Assembly (NCBI GenBank): GCA_964057225.1
Contig: OZ059898.1
Location: 16,678,001-16,742,000, forward strand
Source of the DNA: Auanema rhodensis
Lineage: Eukaryota > Animalia > Nematoda
Reading direction: 5' to 3'
Length of the DNA: 64,000 nucleotides
This document shows, piece after piece, positions 12,250 to 28,370 of the stretch. The notes below the pieces were generated by a model that was not told the origin of the DNA, did no database searches, and saw only the letters and a list, made by a program, of their open reading frames with translations. Numbering within the stretch: the stretch's first letter is position 1; each line of letters starts with the position of its first letter. Both the position numbers and the translations under genes were made by a program.

Positions 12250-15200
12250 AAAAATTTGTTTTTAGACTAATATGGACATGGGGAATCTAATTTTCAAAAC
12301 CGCATCTCTTTATCTTTCACGTGAAGCGAGTTACATACCAAGTGCACATCACGTAAACATTTAATTAGCATAAATTAAAGTTCATGTAAATTTCAAAGTC
12401 ATGGTAACCATGAACCAATATCAATAAAAATTTGTTTTTAGACTAATATGGACATGGGGAATCTAGTTTTGAAAACCGCATCTCTTTATCTTTCACGTGA
12501 AGCGAGTTACATACCAAGTGCACATCACGTGTACATTTAATTAGCATAAATTAAAGTTCACGTAAATTTCAAAGTCATGGTTACCAAGAACCAATATCAA
12601 TAAAAATTTGTTTTTAGACTAATATGGACATGGGGAATCTAATTTTGAAAACTGCATCTCTTTATCTTTCACGTGAAGCGAGTTACATACCAAGTGCATA
12701 TCACGTGTACATTTAATTAGCATAAATTAAAGTTCACGTAAATTTCAAAGTCATGGTTACCATGCACCAATATCAATAAAAATTTGTTTTTAGACTAATA
12801 TGGACATGGGGAATCTAATTTTGAAAACCGCATCTCTTTATCTTTCACGTGAAGTGAGTTACATACCAAGTGCACATCACGTGTACATTTAATTAGCATA
12901 AATTAAAGTTCACGTAAATTACAAAGTCATGGTTAACATGAACCAATATCAATAAAAATTTGTTTTTAGACTAATATGGACATGGGGAATCTAATTTTCA
13001 AAACCGCATCTCTTTATCTTTCACGTGAAGCGAGTTACATACCAAGTGCACATCACGTGTACAATTAATTAGCATAAATTAAAGTTCACGTAAATTACAA
13101 AGTCATGGTTACCATGAACCAATATCAATAAAAATTTGTTTTTAGACTAATATGGACATGGGGAATCTAATTTTGAAAACCACATCTCTATATCTTTCAC
13201 GTGAAGCGAGTTACATACCAAGTGCACATCACGTGTACATTTAATTAGCATAAATTAAAGTTCACGTAAATTACAAAGTCATGGTTACCATGAACCAATA
13301 TCAATAAAAATTTGTTTTAAGACTAATATGGACATGAGGAATCTAATTTTGAAAACCGCATCTCTTTATCTTTCACGTGAAGCGAGTTACATACCAAGTG
13401 CACATCACGTAAACATTTAATTAGCATAAATTAAAGTTCACGTAAATTTTAAAGTCATGGTTACCATGCACCAATATCAATAAAAATTTGTTTTTAGACT
13501 AATATGGACATGGGGAATCTAATTTTGAAAACCGCATCTCTTTATCTTTCACGTGAAGCGAGTTACATACCAAGTGCACATCACGTGTACATTTAATTAG
13601 CATAAATTGAAGTTCACGTAAATTTCAAAGTCATGGTTACCATTAACCAATATCAATGAAAATTTGTTTTTAGACTAATATGGACATGGGGAATCTAATT
13701 TTGAAAACCGCATCTTTTTATCTTTCACGTGAAGCGAGTTACATACCAAGTGCACATCACGTAAACATTTAATTAGCATAAATTAAAGTTCACGTAAATT
13801 TCAAAGTCATGGTTACCATGCACCAATATCAATAAAAATTTGTTTTTAGACTAATATGGACATGGGGAATCTAATTTTGAAAACCGCATCTCTTTATCTT
13901 TCACGTGAAGCGAGTTACATACCAAGTGCACATCACGTGTACATTTAAATAGCATAAATTAAAGTTCACGTAAATTACAAAGTCATGGTTACCATGAACC
14001 AATATCAATAAAAATTTGTTTTTAGACTAATATGGACATGGGGAATCTAATTTTGAAAACCGCATCTCTTTATCTTTCACGTGAAGCGAGTTACATACCA
14101 AGTGCACATCACGTGTACATTTAATTAGCATAAATTAAAGTTCACGTAAATTTCAAAGTCATGGTTACCATGAACCAATATCAATAAAAATTTGTTTTTA
14201 GACTAATATGGACATGGGGAATCTAATTTTGAAAACCACATCTCTATATCTTTCACGTGAAGCGAGTTACATACCAAGTGCACATCACGTGTACATTTAA
14301 TTAGCATAAATTAAAGTTCACGTAAATTACAAAGTCATGGTTACCATGAACCAATATCAATAAAAATTTGTTTTAAGACTAATATGGACATGAGGAATCT
14401 AATTTTGAAAACCGCATCTCTTTATCTTTCACGTGAAGCGAGTTACATACCAAGTGCACATCACGTAAACATTTAATTAGCATAAATTAAAGTTCACGTA
14501 AATTTCAAAGTCATGGTTACCATGAACCAATATCAATAAAAATTTGTTTTTAGACTAATATGGACATGGGGAATCTAGTTTTGAAAACCGCATCTCTTTA
14601 TCTTTCACGTGAAGCGAGTTACATACCAAGTGCACATCACGTGTACATTTAATTAGCATAAATTGAAGTTCACGTAAATTTCAAAGTCATGGTTACCATT
14701 AACCAATATCAATGAAAATTTGTTTTTAGACTAATATGGACATGGGGAATCTAATTTTGAAAACCGCATCTTTTTATCTTTCACGTGAAGCGAGTTACAT
14801 ACCAAGTGCACATCACGTAAACATTTAATTAGCATAAATTAAAGTTCACGTAAATTTCAAAGTCATGGTTACCATGCACCAATATCAATAAAAATTTGTT
14901 TTTAGACTAATATGGACATGGGGAATCTAATTTTGAAAACCGCATCTCTTTATCTTTCACGTGAAGCGAGTTACATACCAAGTGCACATCACGTGTACAT
15001 TTAAATAGCATAAATTAAAGTTCACGTAAATTTCAAAGTCATGGTTACCATGAACCAATATCAATAAAAATTTGTTTTTAGACTAATATGGACATGGGGA
15101 ATCTAATTTTGAAAACCACATCTCTATATCTTTCACGTGAAGCGAGTTACATACCAAGTGCACATCACGTGTACATTTAATTAGCATAAATTAAAGTTCA

Positions 15201-18150
15201 CGTAAATTACAAAGTCATGGTTACCATGAACCAATATCAATAAAAATTTGTTTTAAGACTAATATGGACATGAGGAATCTAATTTTGAAAACCGCATCTC
15301 TTTATCTTTCACGTGAAGCGAGTTACATACCAAGTGCACATCACGTAAACATTTAATTAGCATAAATTAAAGTTCACGTAAATTTCAAAGTCATGGTTAA
15401 CATGAACCAATATCAATAAAAATTTGTTTTTAGACTAATATGGACATGGGGAATCTAATTTTCAAAACCGCATCTCTTTATCTTTCACGTGAAGCGAGTT
15501 ACATACCAAGTGCACATCACGTAAACATTTAATTAGCATAAATTAAAGTTCATGTAAATTTCAAAGTCATGGTAACCATGAACCAATATCAATAAAAATT
15601 TGTTTTTAGACTAATATGGACATGGGGAATCTAGTTTTGAAAACCGCATCTCTTTATCTTTCACGTGAAGCGAGTTACATACCAAGTGCACATCACGTGT
15701 ACATTTAATTAGCATAAATTAAAGTTCACGTAAATTTCAAAGTCATGGTTACCAAGAACCAATATCAATAAAAATTTGTTTTTAGACTAATATGGACATG
15801 GGGAATCTAATTTTGAAAACTGCATCTCTTTATCTTTCACGTGAAGCGAGTTACATACCAAGTGCATATCACGTGTACATTTAATTAGCATAAATTAAAG
15901 TTCACGTAAATTTCAAAGTCATGGTTACCATGCACCAATATCAATAAAAATTTGTTTTTAGACTAATATGGACATGGGGAATCTAATTTTGAAAACCGCA
16001 TCTCTTTATCTTTCACGTGAAGTGAGTTACATACCAAGTGCACATCACGTGTACATTTAATTAGCATAAATTAAAGTTCACGTAAATTACAAAGTCATGG
16101 TTAACATGAACCAATATCAATAAAAATTTGTTTTTAGACTAATATGGACATGGGGAATCTAATTTTCAAAACCGCATCTCTTTATCTTTCACGTGAAGCG
16201 AGTTACATACCAAGTGCACATCACGTGTACAATTAATTAGCATAAATTAAAGTTCACGTAAATTACAAAGTCATGGTTACCATGAACCAATATCAATAAA
16301 AATTTGTTTTTAGACTAATATGGACATGGGGAATCTAATTTTGAAAACCACATCTCTATATCTTTCACGTGAAGCGAGTTACATACCAAGTGCACATCAC
16401 GTGTACATTTAATTAGCATAAATTAAAGTTCACGTAAATTACAAAGTCATGGTTACCATGAACCAATATCAATAAAAATTTGTTTTAAGACTAATATGGA
16501 CATGAGGAATCTAATTTTGAAAACCGCATCTCTTTATCTTTCACGTGAAGCGAGTTACATACCAAGTGCACATCACGTAAACATTTAATTAGCATAAATT
16601 AAAGTTCACGTAAATTTTAAAGTCATGGTTACCATGCACCAATATCAATAAAAATTTGTTTTTAGACTAATATGGACATGGGGAATCTAATTTTGAAAAC
16701 CGCATCTCTTTATCTTTCACGTGAAGCGAGTTACATACCAAGTGCACATCACGTGTACATTTAATTAGCATAAATTGAAGTTCACGTAAATTTCAAAGTC
16801 ATGGTTACCATTAACCAATATCAATGAAAATTTGTTTTTAGACTAATATGGACATGGGGAATCTAATTTTGAAAACCGCATCTTTTTATCTTTCACGTGA
16901 AGCGAGTTACATACCAAGTGCACATCACGTAAACATTTAATTAGCATAAATTAAAGTTCACGTAAATTTCAAAGTCATGGTTACCATGCACCAATATCAA
17001 TAAAAATTTGTTTTTAGACTAATATGGACATGGGGAATCTAATTTTGAAAACCGCATCTCTTTATCTTTCACGTGAAGCGAGTTACATACCAAGTGCACA
17101 TCACGTGTACATTTAAATAGCATAAATTAAAGTTCACGTAAATTACAAAGTCATGGTTACCATGAACCAATATCAATAAAAATTTGTTTTTAGACTAATA
17201 TGGACATGGGGAATCTAATTTTGAAAACCGCATCTCTTTATCTTTCACGTGAAGCGAGTTACATACCAAGTGCACATCACGTGTACATTTAATTAGCATA
17301 AATTAAAGTTCACGTAAATTTCAAAGTCATGGTTACCATGAACCAATATCAATAAAAATTTGTTTTTAGACTAATATGGACATGGGGAATCTAATTTTGA
17401 AAACCACATCTCTATATCTTTCACGTGAAGCGAGTTACATACCAAGTGCACATCACGTGTACATTTAATTAGCATAAATTAAAGTTCACGTAAATTACAA
17501 AGTCATGGTTACCATGAACCAATATCAATAAAAATTTGTTTTAAGACTAATATGGACATGAGGAATCTAATTTTGAAAACCGCATCTCTTTATCTTTCAC
17601 GTGAAGCGAGTTACATACCAAGTGCACATCACGTAAACATTTAATTAGCATAAATTAAAGTTCACGTAAATTTCAAAGTCATGGTTACCATGAACCAATA
17701 TCAATAAAAATTTGTTTTTAGACTAATATGGACATGGGGAATCTAGTTTTGAAAACCGCATCTCTTTATCTTTCACGTGAAGCGAGTTACATACCAAGTG
17801 CACATCACGTGTACATTTAATTAGCATAAATTGAAGTTCACGTAAATTTCAAAGTCATGGTTACCATTAACCAATATCAATGAAAATTTGTTTTTAGACT
17901 AATATGGACATGGGGAATCTAATTTTGAAAACCGCATCTTTTTATCTTTCACGTGAAGCGAGTTACATACCAAGTGCACATCACGTAAACATTTAATTAG
18001 CATAAATTAAAGTTCACGTAAATTTCAAAGTCATGGTTACCATGCACCAATATCAATAAAAATTTGTTTTTAGACTAATATGGACATGGGGAATCTAATT
18101 TTGAAAACCGCATCTCTTTATCTTTCACGTGAAGCGAGTTACATACCAAG
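12250..18150. repeat. 18-monomer (3168-bp) tandem block duplication; boundaries approximate
   Basis: Rare SNPs recur at +3168: 12385/15553, 13182/16350, 13450/16618 and 14238/17406. Confidence 0.8.
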
Positions 18151-21100
18151 TGCACATCACGTGTACATTTAAATAGCATAAATTAAAGTTCACGTAAATT
18201 ACAAAGTCATGGTTACCATGAACCAATATCAATAAAAATTTGTTTTTAGACTAATATGGACATGGGGAATCTAATTTTGAAAACCGCATCTCTTTATCTT
18301 TCACGTGAAGCGAGTTACATACCAAGTGCACATCACGTGTACATTTAATTAGCATAAATTAAAGTTCACGTAAATTTCAAAGTCATGGTTACCATGAACC
18401 AATATCAATAAAAATTTGTTTTTAGACTAATATGGACATGGGGAATCTAATTTTGAAAACCACATCTCTATATCTTTCACGTGAAGCGAGTTACATACCA
18501 AGTGCACATCACGTGTACATTTAATTAGCATAAATTAAAGTTCACGTAAATTACAAAGTCATGGTTACCATGAACCAATATCAATAAAAATTTGTTTTAA
18601 GACTAATATGGACATGAGGAATCTAATTTTGAAAACCGCATCTCTTTATCTTTCACGTGAAGCGAGTTACATACCAAGTGCACATCACGTAAACATTTAA
18701 TTAGCATAAATTAAAGTTCACGTAAATTTCAAAGTCATGGTTACCATGAACCAATATCAATAAAAATTTGTTTTTAGACTAATATGGACATGGGGAATCT
18801 AGTTTTGAAAACCGCATCTCTTTATCTTTCACGTGAAGCGAGTTACATACCAAGTGCACATCACGTGTACATTTAATTAGCATAAATTGAAGTTCACGTA
18901 AATTTCAAAGTCATGGTTACCATTAACCAATATCAATGAAAATTTGTTTTTAGACTAATATGGACATGGGGAATCTAATTTTGAAAACCGCATCTTTTTA
19001 TCTTTCACGTGAAGCGAGTTACATACCAAGTGCACATCACGTAAACATTTAATTAGCATAAATTAAAGTTCACGTAAATTTCAAAGTCATGGTTACCATG
19101 CACCAATATCAATAAAAATTTGTTTTTAGACTAATATGGACATGGGGAATCTAATTTTGAAAACCGCATCTCTTTATCTTTCACGTGAAGCGAGTTACAT
19201 ACCAAGTGCACATCACGTGTACATTTAATTAGCATAAATTAAAGTTCACGTAAATTTCAAAGTCATGGTTACCATGAACCAATATCAATAAAAATTTGTT
19301 TTTAGACTAGGATGGACATGGGGAATCTAATTTTGAAAACCGCATCTCTTTATCTTTCACGTGAAGCGAGTTACATACCAAGTGCACATCACGTGTACAT
19401 TTAATTAGCATAAATTAAAGTTCACGTAAATTTAAAAGTCATGGTTACCATGAACCAATATCAATAAAAATTTGTTTTTAGACTAATATGGACATGGGGA
19501 ATCTAATTTTGAAAACCGCATCTCTTTATCTTTCACGTGAAGCGAGTTACATACCAAGTGCACATCACGTGTACATTTAATTAGCATAAATTAAAGTTCA
19601 CGTAAATTTAAAAGTCATGGTTACCATGAACCAATATCAATAAAAATTTGTTTTTAAACTAATATGGACATGGGGAATCTAATTTTGAAAACCGCATCTC
19701 TTTATCTTTCACGTGAAGCGAGTTACATACCAAGTGCACATCACGTGTACATTTAATTAGCATAAATTAAAGTTCACGTAAATTTCAAAGTCATGGTTAC
19801 CATGAACCAATATCAATAAAAATTTGTTTTTAGACTAATATGGACATGGGGAATCTAATTTTGAAAACCGCATCTCTTTATCTTTCACGTGAAGCGAGTT
19901 ACATACCAAGTGCACATCAAGTGTACATTTAATTAGCATAAATTAAAGTTCACGTAAATTTCAAAGTCATGTTTACCATGAACCAATATCAATAAAAATT
20001 TGTTTTTAGACTAGGATGGACATGGGGAATCTAATTTTGAAAACCGCATCTCTTTATCTTTCACGTGAAGCGAGTTACATACCAAGTGCACATCACGTGT
20101 ACATTTAATTAGCATAAATTAAAGTTCACGTAAATTTCAAAGTCATGGTTACCATGCACCAATATCAATAAAAATTTGTTTTTAGACTAATATGGACATG
20201 GGGAATCTAATTTTGAAAACCGCATCTCTTTATCTTTCACGTGAAGCGAGTTACATACCAAGTGCACATCACGTGTACATTTAATTAGCATAAATTAAAG
20301 TTCACGTAAATTTCAAAGTCATGGTTACCATGAACCAATATCAATAAAAATTTGTTTTTAAACTAATATGGACATGGGGAATCTAATTTTGAAAACCGCA
20401 TCTCTTTATCTTTCACGTGAAGCGAGTTACATACCAAGTGCACATCACGTGTACATTTAATTAGCATAAATTAAAGTTCACGTAAATTTCAAAGTCATGG
20501 TTACCATGAACCAATATCAATAAAAATTTGTTTTTAAACTAATATGGACATGGGGAATCTAATTTTGAAAACCGCATCTCTTTATCTTTCACGTGAAGCG
20601 AGTTACATACCAAGTGCACATCACGTGTACATTTAATTAGCATAAATTAAAGTTCACGTAAATTTCAAAGTCATGGTTACCATGAACCAATATCAATAAA
20701 AATTTGTTTTTAGACTAATATGGACATGGGGAATCTAATTTTGAAAACCGCATCTCTTTATCTTTCACGTGAAGCGAGTTACATACCAAGTGCACATCAC
20801 GTGTACATTTAATTAGCATAAATTAAAGTTCACGTAAATTTCAAAGTCATGGTTACCATGAACCAATATCAATAAAAATTTGTTTTTAGACTAGGATGGA
20901 CATGGGGAATCTAATTTTGAAAACCGCATCTCTTTATCTTTCACGTGAAGCGAGTTACATACCAAGTGCACATCACGTGTACATTTAATTAGCATAAATT
21001 AAAGTTCACGTAAATTTCAAAGTCATGGTTACCATGAACCAATATCAATAAAAATTTGTTTTTAGACTAATATGGACATGGGGAATCTAATTATGAAAAC

Positions 21101-24100
21101 CGCATCTCTTTATCTTTCACGTGAAGCGAGTTACATACCAAGTGCACATCACGTGTACATTTAATTAGCATAAATTAAAGTTCACGTAAATTTCAAAGTC
21201 ATGTTTACCATGAACCAATATCAATAAAAATTTGTTTTTAGACTAGGATGGACATGGGGAATCTAATTTTGAAAACCGCATCTCTTTATCTTTCACGTGA
21301 AGCGAGTTACATACCAAGTGCACATCACGTGTACATTTAATTAGCATAAATTAAAGTTCACGTAAATTTCAAAGTCATGGTTACCATGCACCAATATCAA
21401 TAAAAATTTGTTTTTAGACTAATATGGACATGGGGAATCTAATTTTGAAAACCGCATCTCTTTATCTTTCACGTGAAGCGAGTTACATACCAAGTGCACA
21501 TCACGTGTACATTTAATTAGCATAAATTAAAGTTCACGTAAATTTCAAAGTCATGGTTACCATGAACCAATATCAATAAAAATTTGTTTTTAAACTAATA
21601 TGGACATGGGGAATCTAATTTTGAAAACCGCATCTCTTTATCTTTCACGTGAAGCGAGTTACATACCAAGTGCACATCACGTGTACATTTAATTAGCATA
21701 AATTAAAGTTCACGTAAATTTCAAAGTCATGGTTACCATGAACCAATATCAATAAAAATTTGTTTTTAGACTAATATGGACATGGGGAATCTAATTTTGG
21801 AAACCGCATCTCTTTATCTTTCACGTGAAGCGAGTTACATACCAAGTGCACATCACGTGTACATTTAATTAGCATAAATTAAAGTTCACGTAAATTTCAA
21901 AGTCATGGTTACCATGAACTAATATCAACAAAAATTTGTTTTGAGACTAATATGGACATGGGGAATCTAATTTTGAAAACCGTATCTCTTTATCTTTCAC
22001 GTGAAGCGAGTTACATACCAAGTGCACATCACGTGTACATTTAATTAGCATAAATTAAAGTTCACGTAAATTTCAAAGACATGGTTACCATGAACCAATA
22101 TCAATAAAAATTTGTTTTTAGACTAATATGGACATGGGGAATCTAATTTTGAAAACCATATCTCTTTATCTTTCACGTGAAGCAAGTTACATACCAAGTA
22201 CACATCACGTGTACATTTAATTAGCATAAATTAAAGTTCACGTAAATTTCAAAGTCATGGTTACCATGCACCAATATCAATAAAAATTTGTTTTTAGACT
22301 AATATGGACATGGGGAATCTAATTTTGAAAACCGCATCTCTTTATCTTTCACGTGAAGCGAGTTACATACCAAGTGCACATCACGTGTACATTTAATTAG
22401 CATAAATTAAAGTTCACGTAAATTTCAAAGTCATGGTTACCATGAACCAATATCAATAAAAATTTGTTTTTAGATTAATATGGACATGGGGAATCTAATT
22501 TTGAAAACCGCATCTCTTTATCTTTTACGTGAAGCGAGTTACATACCAAGTGCACATCACGTGTACATTTAATTAGCATAAATTAAAGTTCACGTAAATT
22601 TCAAAGTCATGGTTACCATGAACCAATATCAATAAAAATTTGTTTTTAGACTAATATGGACATGGGGAATCTAATTTTGAAAACCGCATCTCTTTATCTC
22701 TCACGTGAAGCGAGTTAGATACCGAGTGCACATCACGTGTACATTTAATTAGCATAAATTAAAGTTCACGTAAATTTCAAAGTCATGGTTACCATGAACC
22801 AATATCAATAAAAATTTGTTTTTAGACTAATATGGACATGGGGAATCTAATTTTGAAAACCGCATCTCTTTATCTTTTACGTGAAGCGAGTTACATACCA
22901 AGTGCACATCACGTTTACATTTAATTAGCATAAATTAAAGTTCACGTAAATTTCAAAGTCATGGTTACCATGAACCAATATCAATAAAAATTTGTTTTTA
23001 GACTAATATGGACATGGGGAATCTAATTTTGAAAACCGCATCTCTTGATCTTTCACGTGAAGCGAGTTACATACCAAGTGCACATCACGTGTACATTTAA
23101 TTAGCATAAATTAAAGTTCACGTAAATTTCAAAGTCATGGTTACCATGAACCAATATCAACAAAAATTTGTTTTGAGACTAATATGGACATGGGGAATCT
23201 AATTTTGAAAACCGCATCTCTTTATCTTTCACGTGAAGCGAATTACATACCAAGTGCACATCACGTTTACATTTAATTAGCATAAATTAAAGTTCACGTA
23301 AATTTCAAAGTCATGGTTACCATGAACCAATATCAATAAAAATTTGTTTTTAGACTAATATGGACATGGGGAATCTAATTTTGAAAACCGCATCTCTTTA
23401 TCTTTCACGTGAAGCGAGTTACATACCAAGTGCACATCACGTTTACATTTAATTAGCATAAATTAAAGTTCACGTAAATTTCAAAGTCATGGTTACCATG
23501 AACCAATATCAATAAAAATTTGTTTTTAGACTAATATGGACATGGGGAATCTAATTTTGAAAACCGCATCTCTTGATCTTTCACGTGAAGCGAGTTACAT
23601 ACCAAGTGCACATCACGTGTACATTTAATTAGCATAAATTAAAGTTCACGTAAATTTCAAAGTCATGGTTACCATGAACAAATATCAATAAAAATTTGTT
23701 TTTAGACTAATATGGACATGGAGAATCTAATTTTGAAAACCGCATCTCTTTATCTTTCACGTGAAGCGAGTTACATACCAAGTGCACATCACGTGTACAT
23801 TTAATTAGCATAAATTAAAGTTCACGTAAATTTCAAAGTCATGGTTACCATGAACCAATATCAATAAAAATTTGTTTTTAGACTAATATGGACATGGGGA
23901 ATCTAATTTTGAAAACCGCATCTCTTTATCTTTCACGTGAAGCGAGTTACATACCAAGTGCACATCACGTGTACATTTAATTAGCATAAATTAAAGTTCA
24001 CGTAAATTTCAAAGACATGGTTACCATGAACCAATATCAATAAAAATTTGTTTTTAGACTAATATGGACATGGGGAATCTAATTTTGAAAACCGTATCTC

Positions 24101-27100
24101 TTTATCTTTCACGTGAAGCGAGTTACATACCAAGTACACATCACGTGTACATTTAATTAGCATAAATTAAAGTTCACGTAAATTTCAAAGTCATGGTTAC
24201 CATGCACCAATATCAATAAAAATTTGTTTTTAGACAAATATGGACATGGGGAATCTAATTTTGAAAACCGCATCTCTTTATCTTTCACGTGAAGCGAGTT
24301 ACATACCAAGTGCACATCACGTGTACATTTAATTAGCATAAATTAAAGTTCACGTAAATTTCAAAGTCATGGTTACCATGAACCAATATCAATAAAAATT
24401 TGTTTTTAGACTAATATGGACATGGGGAATCTAATTTTGAAAACCGCATCTCTTTATCTTTCACGTGAAGCGAGTTACATACCAAGTGCACATCACGTGT
24501 ACATTTAATTAGCATAAATTAAAGTTCACGTAAATTTCAAAGTCATGGTTACCATGAACTAATATCAACAAAAATTTGTTTTGAGACTAATATGGACATG
24601 GGGAATCTAATTTTGAAAACCGCATCTCTTTATCTTTCACGTGAAGCGAGTTACATACCAAGTGCACATCACGTTTACATTTAATTAGCATAAATTAAAG
24701 TTCACGTAAATTTCAAAGTCATGGTTACCATGCACCAATATCAATAAAAATTTGTTTTTAGACTAATATGGACATGGAGAATCTAATTTTGAAAACCGCA
24801 TCTCTTTATCTCTCACGTGAAGCGAGTTACATACCAAGTACACATCACGTGTACATTTAATTAGCATAAATTAAAGTTCACGTAAATTTCAAAGTCATGG
24901 TTACCATGAACCAATATCAACAAAAATTTGTTTTGAGACTAATATGGACATGGGGAATCTAATTTTAAAAACCGCATCTCTTTATCTTTCACGTGAAGCG
25001 AGTTACATACCAAGTGCACATCACGTGTACATTTAATTAGCATAAATTAAAGTTCACGTAAATTTCAAAGTCATGGTTACCATGAACCAATATCAATAAA
25101 AATTTGTTTTTAGACTAATATGGACATGGGGAATCTAATTTTGAAAACCGCATCTCTTTATCTCTCACGTGAAGCGAGTTACATACCAAGTGCACATCAC
25201 GTGTACATTTAATTAGCATAAATTAAAGTTCACGTAAATTTCAAAGTCATGGTTCCCATGAACCAATATCAATAAAAATTTGTTTTTAGACTAATATGGA
25301 CATGGGGAATCTAATTTTGAAAACCGCATCTCTTTATCTTTCACGTGAAGCGAGTTACATACCAAGTGCACATCACGTGTACATTTAATTAGCATAAATT
25401 AAAGTTCACGTAAATTTCAAAGTCATGGTTACCATGAACCAATATCAATAAAAATTTGTTTTTAGACTAGAATGGACATGGGGAATCTAATTTTGAAAAC
25501 CGCATCTCTTTATCTTTCACGTGAAGCGAGTTACATACCAAGTGCACATCACGTGTACATTTAATTAGCATAAATTAAAGTTCACGTAAATTTCAAAGTC
25601 ATGTTTACCATGAACCAATATCAATAAAAATTTGTTTTTAGACTAGGATGGACATGGGGAATCTAATTTTGAAAACCGCATCTCTTTATCTTTCACGTGA
25701 AGCGAGTTACATACCAAGTGCACATCACGTGTACATTTAATTAGCATAAATTAAAGTTCACGTAAATTTCAAAGTCATGGTTACCATGCACCAATATCAA
25801 TAAAAATTTGTTTTTAGACTAATATGGACATGGGGAATCTAATTTTGAAAACCGCATCTCTTTATCTTTCACGTGAAGCGAGTTACATACCAAGTGCACA
25901 TCACGTGTACATTTAATTAGCATAAATTAAAGTTCACGTAAATTTCAAAGTCATGGTTACCATGAACCAATATCAATAAGAATTTGTTTTTAAACTAATA
26001 TGGACATGGGGAATCTAATTTTGAAAACCGCATCTCTTTATCTTTCACGTGAAGCGAGTTACACACCAAGTGCACATCACGTGTACATTTAATTAGCATA
26101 AATTAAAGTTCACGTAAATTTCAAAGTCATGGTTACCATGAACCAATATCAATAAAAATTTGTTTTTAGACTAGGATGGACATGGGGAATCTAATTTTGA
26201 AAACCGCATCTCTTTATCTTTCACGTGAAGCGAGTTACATACCAAGTGCACATCACGTGTACATTTAATTAGCATAAATTAAAGTTCACGTAAATTTCAA
26301 AGTCATGGTTACCATGAACCAATATCAATAAAAATTTGTTTTTAGACTAGAATGGACATGGGGAATCTAATTTTGAAAACCGCATCTCTTTATCTTTCAC
26401 GTGAAGCGAGTTACATACCAAGTGCACATCACGTGTACATTTAATTAGCATAAATTAAAGTTCACGTAAATTTCAAAGTCATGTTTACCATGAACCAATA
26501 TCAATAAAAATTTGTTTTTAGACTAGGATGGACATGGGGAATCTAATTTTGAAAACCGCATCTCTTTATCTTTCACGTGAAGCGAGTTACATACCAAGTG
26601 CACATCACGTGTACATTTAATTAGCATAAATTAAAGTTCACGTAAATTTCAAAGTCATGGTTACCATGCACCAATATCAATAAAAATTTGTTTTTAGACT
26701 AATATGGACATGGGGAATCTAATTTTGAAAACCGCATCTCTTTATCTTTCACGTGAAGCGAGTTACATACCAAGTGCACATCACGTGTACATTTAATTAG
26801 CATAAATTAAAGTTCACGTAAATTTCAAAGTCATGGTTACCATGCACCAATATCAATAAAAATTTGTTTTTAGACTAATATGGACATGGGGAATCTAATT
26901 TTGAAAACCGCATCTCTTTATCTTTCACGTGAAGCGAGTTACATACCAAGTGCACATCACGTGTACATTTAATTAGCATAAATTAAAGTTCACGTAAATT
27001 TCAAAGTCATGTTTACCATGAACCAATATCAATAAAAATTTGTTTTTAAACTAATATGGACATGGGGAATCTAATTTTGAAAACCGCATCTCTTTATCTT

Positions 27101-28366
27101 TCACGTGAAGCGAGTTACATACCAAGTGCACATCACGTGTACATTTAATTAGCATAAATTAAAGTTCACGTAAATTTCAAAGTCATGGTTACCATGAACC
27201 AATATCAATAAAAATTTGTTTTTAGACTAATATGGACATGGGGAATCTAATTTTGAAAACCGCATCTCTTTATCTTTCACGTGAAGCGAGTTACATACCA
27301 AGTGCACATCACGTGTACATTTAATTAGCATAAATTAAAGTTCACGTAAATTTCAAAGTCATGGTTACCATGAACCAATATCAATAAAAATTTGTTTTTA
27401 GACTAATATGGACATGGGGAATCTAATTTTGAAAACCGCATCTCTTTATCTTTCACGTGAAGCGAGTTACATACCAAGTGCACATCACGTGTACATTTAA
27501 TTAGCATAAATTAAAGTTCACGTAAATTTCAAAGTCATGTTTACCATGAACCAATATCAATAAAAATTTGTTTTTAGACTAGGATGGACATGGGGAATCT
27601 AATTTTGAAAACCGCATCTCTTTATCTTTCACGTGAAGCGAGTTACATACCAAGTGCACATCACGTGTACATTTAATCAGCATAAATTAAAGTTCACGTA
27701 AATTTCAAAGTCATGGTTACCATGCACCAATATCAATAAAAATTTGTTTTTAGACTAATATGGACATGGGGAATCTAATTTTGAAAACCGCATCTCTTTA
27801 TCTTTCACGTGAAGCGAGTTACATACCAAGTGCACATCACGTGTACATTTAATTAGCATAAATTAAAGTTCACGTAAATTTCAAAGTCATGGTTACCATG
27901 AACCAATATCAATAAAAATTTGTTTTTAAACTAATATGGACATGGGGAATCTAATTTTGAAAACCGCATCTCTTTATCTTTCACGTGAAGCGAGTTACAT
28001 ACCAAGTGCACATCACGTGTACATTTAATTAGCATAAATTAAAGTTCACGTAAATTTCAAAGTCATGGTTACCATGAACCAATATCAATAAAAATTTGTT
28101 TTTAGACTAATATGGACATGGGGAATCTAATTTTGAAAACCGCATCTCTTTATCTTTCACGTGAAGCGAGTTACATACCAAGTGCACATCACGTGTACAT
28201 TTAATTAGCATAAATTAAAGTTCACGTAAATTTCAAAGTCATGGTTACCATGAACCAATATCAATAAAAATTTGTTTTTAGACTAATATGGACATGGGGA
28301 ATCTAATTTTGAAAACCGCATCTCTTTATCTTTCACGTGAAGCGAGTTACATACCAAGTGCACATC

Positions 28367-28370
28367 ACGT
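28367..28370. other. Target-site duplication, left copy (ACGT)
   Basis: ...cacatcACGT|catgttctct. An intact monomer reads cacatcACGTgtacatt. Confidence 0.85.

Larger units (their letters stand above)
1..28370. repeat. 176-bp tandem satellite array, left arm (~161 monomers, head-to-tail); runs off the window start
   Basis: The unit gtgaagcgagttacataccaagtgcacatcacgtgtacatttaattagcataaattaaagttcacgtaaatttcaaagtcatggttaccatgaaccaatatcaataaaaatttgtttttagactaatatggacatggggaatctaattttgaaaaccgcatctctttatctttcac restarts at 1, 177, 2641, 5281 ... 26401 and 28337 (all 1+176n). Copies usually differ from consensus by only a few substitutions. 56/176 bases are G/C. Confidence 0.99.
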
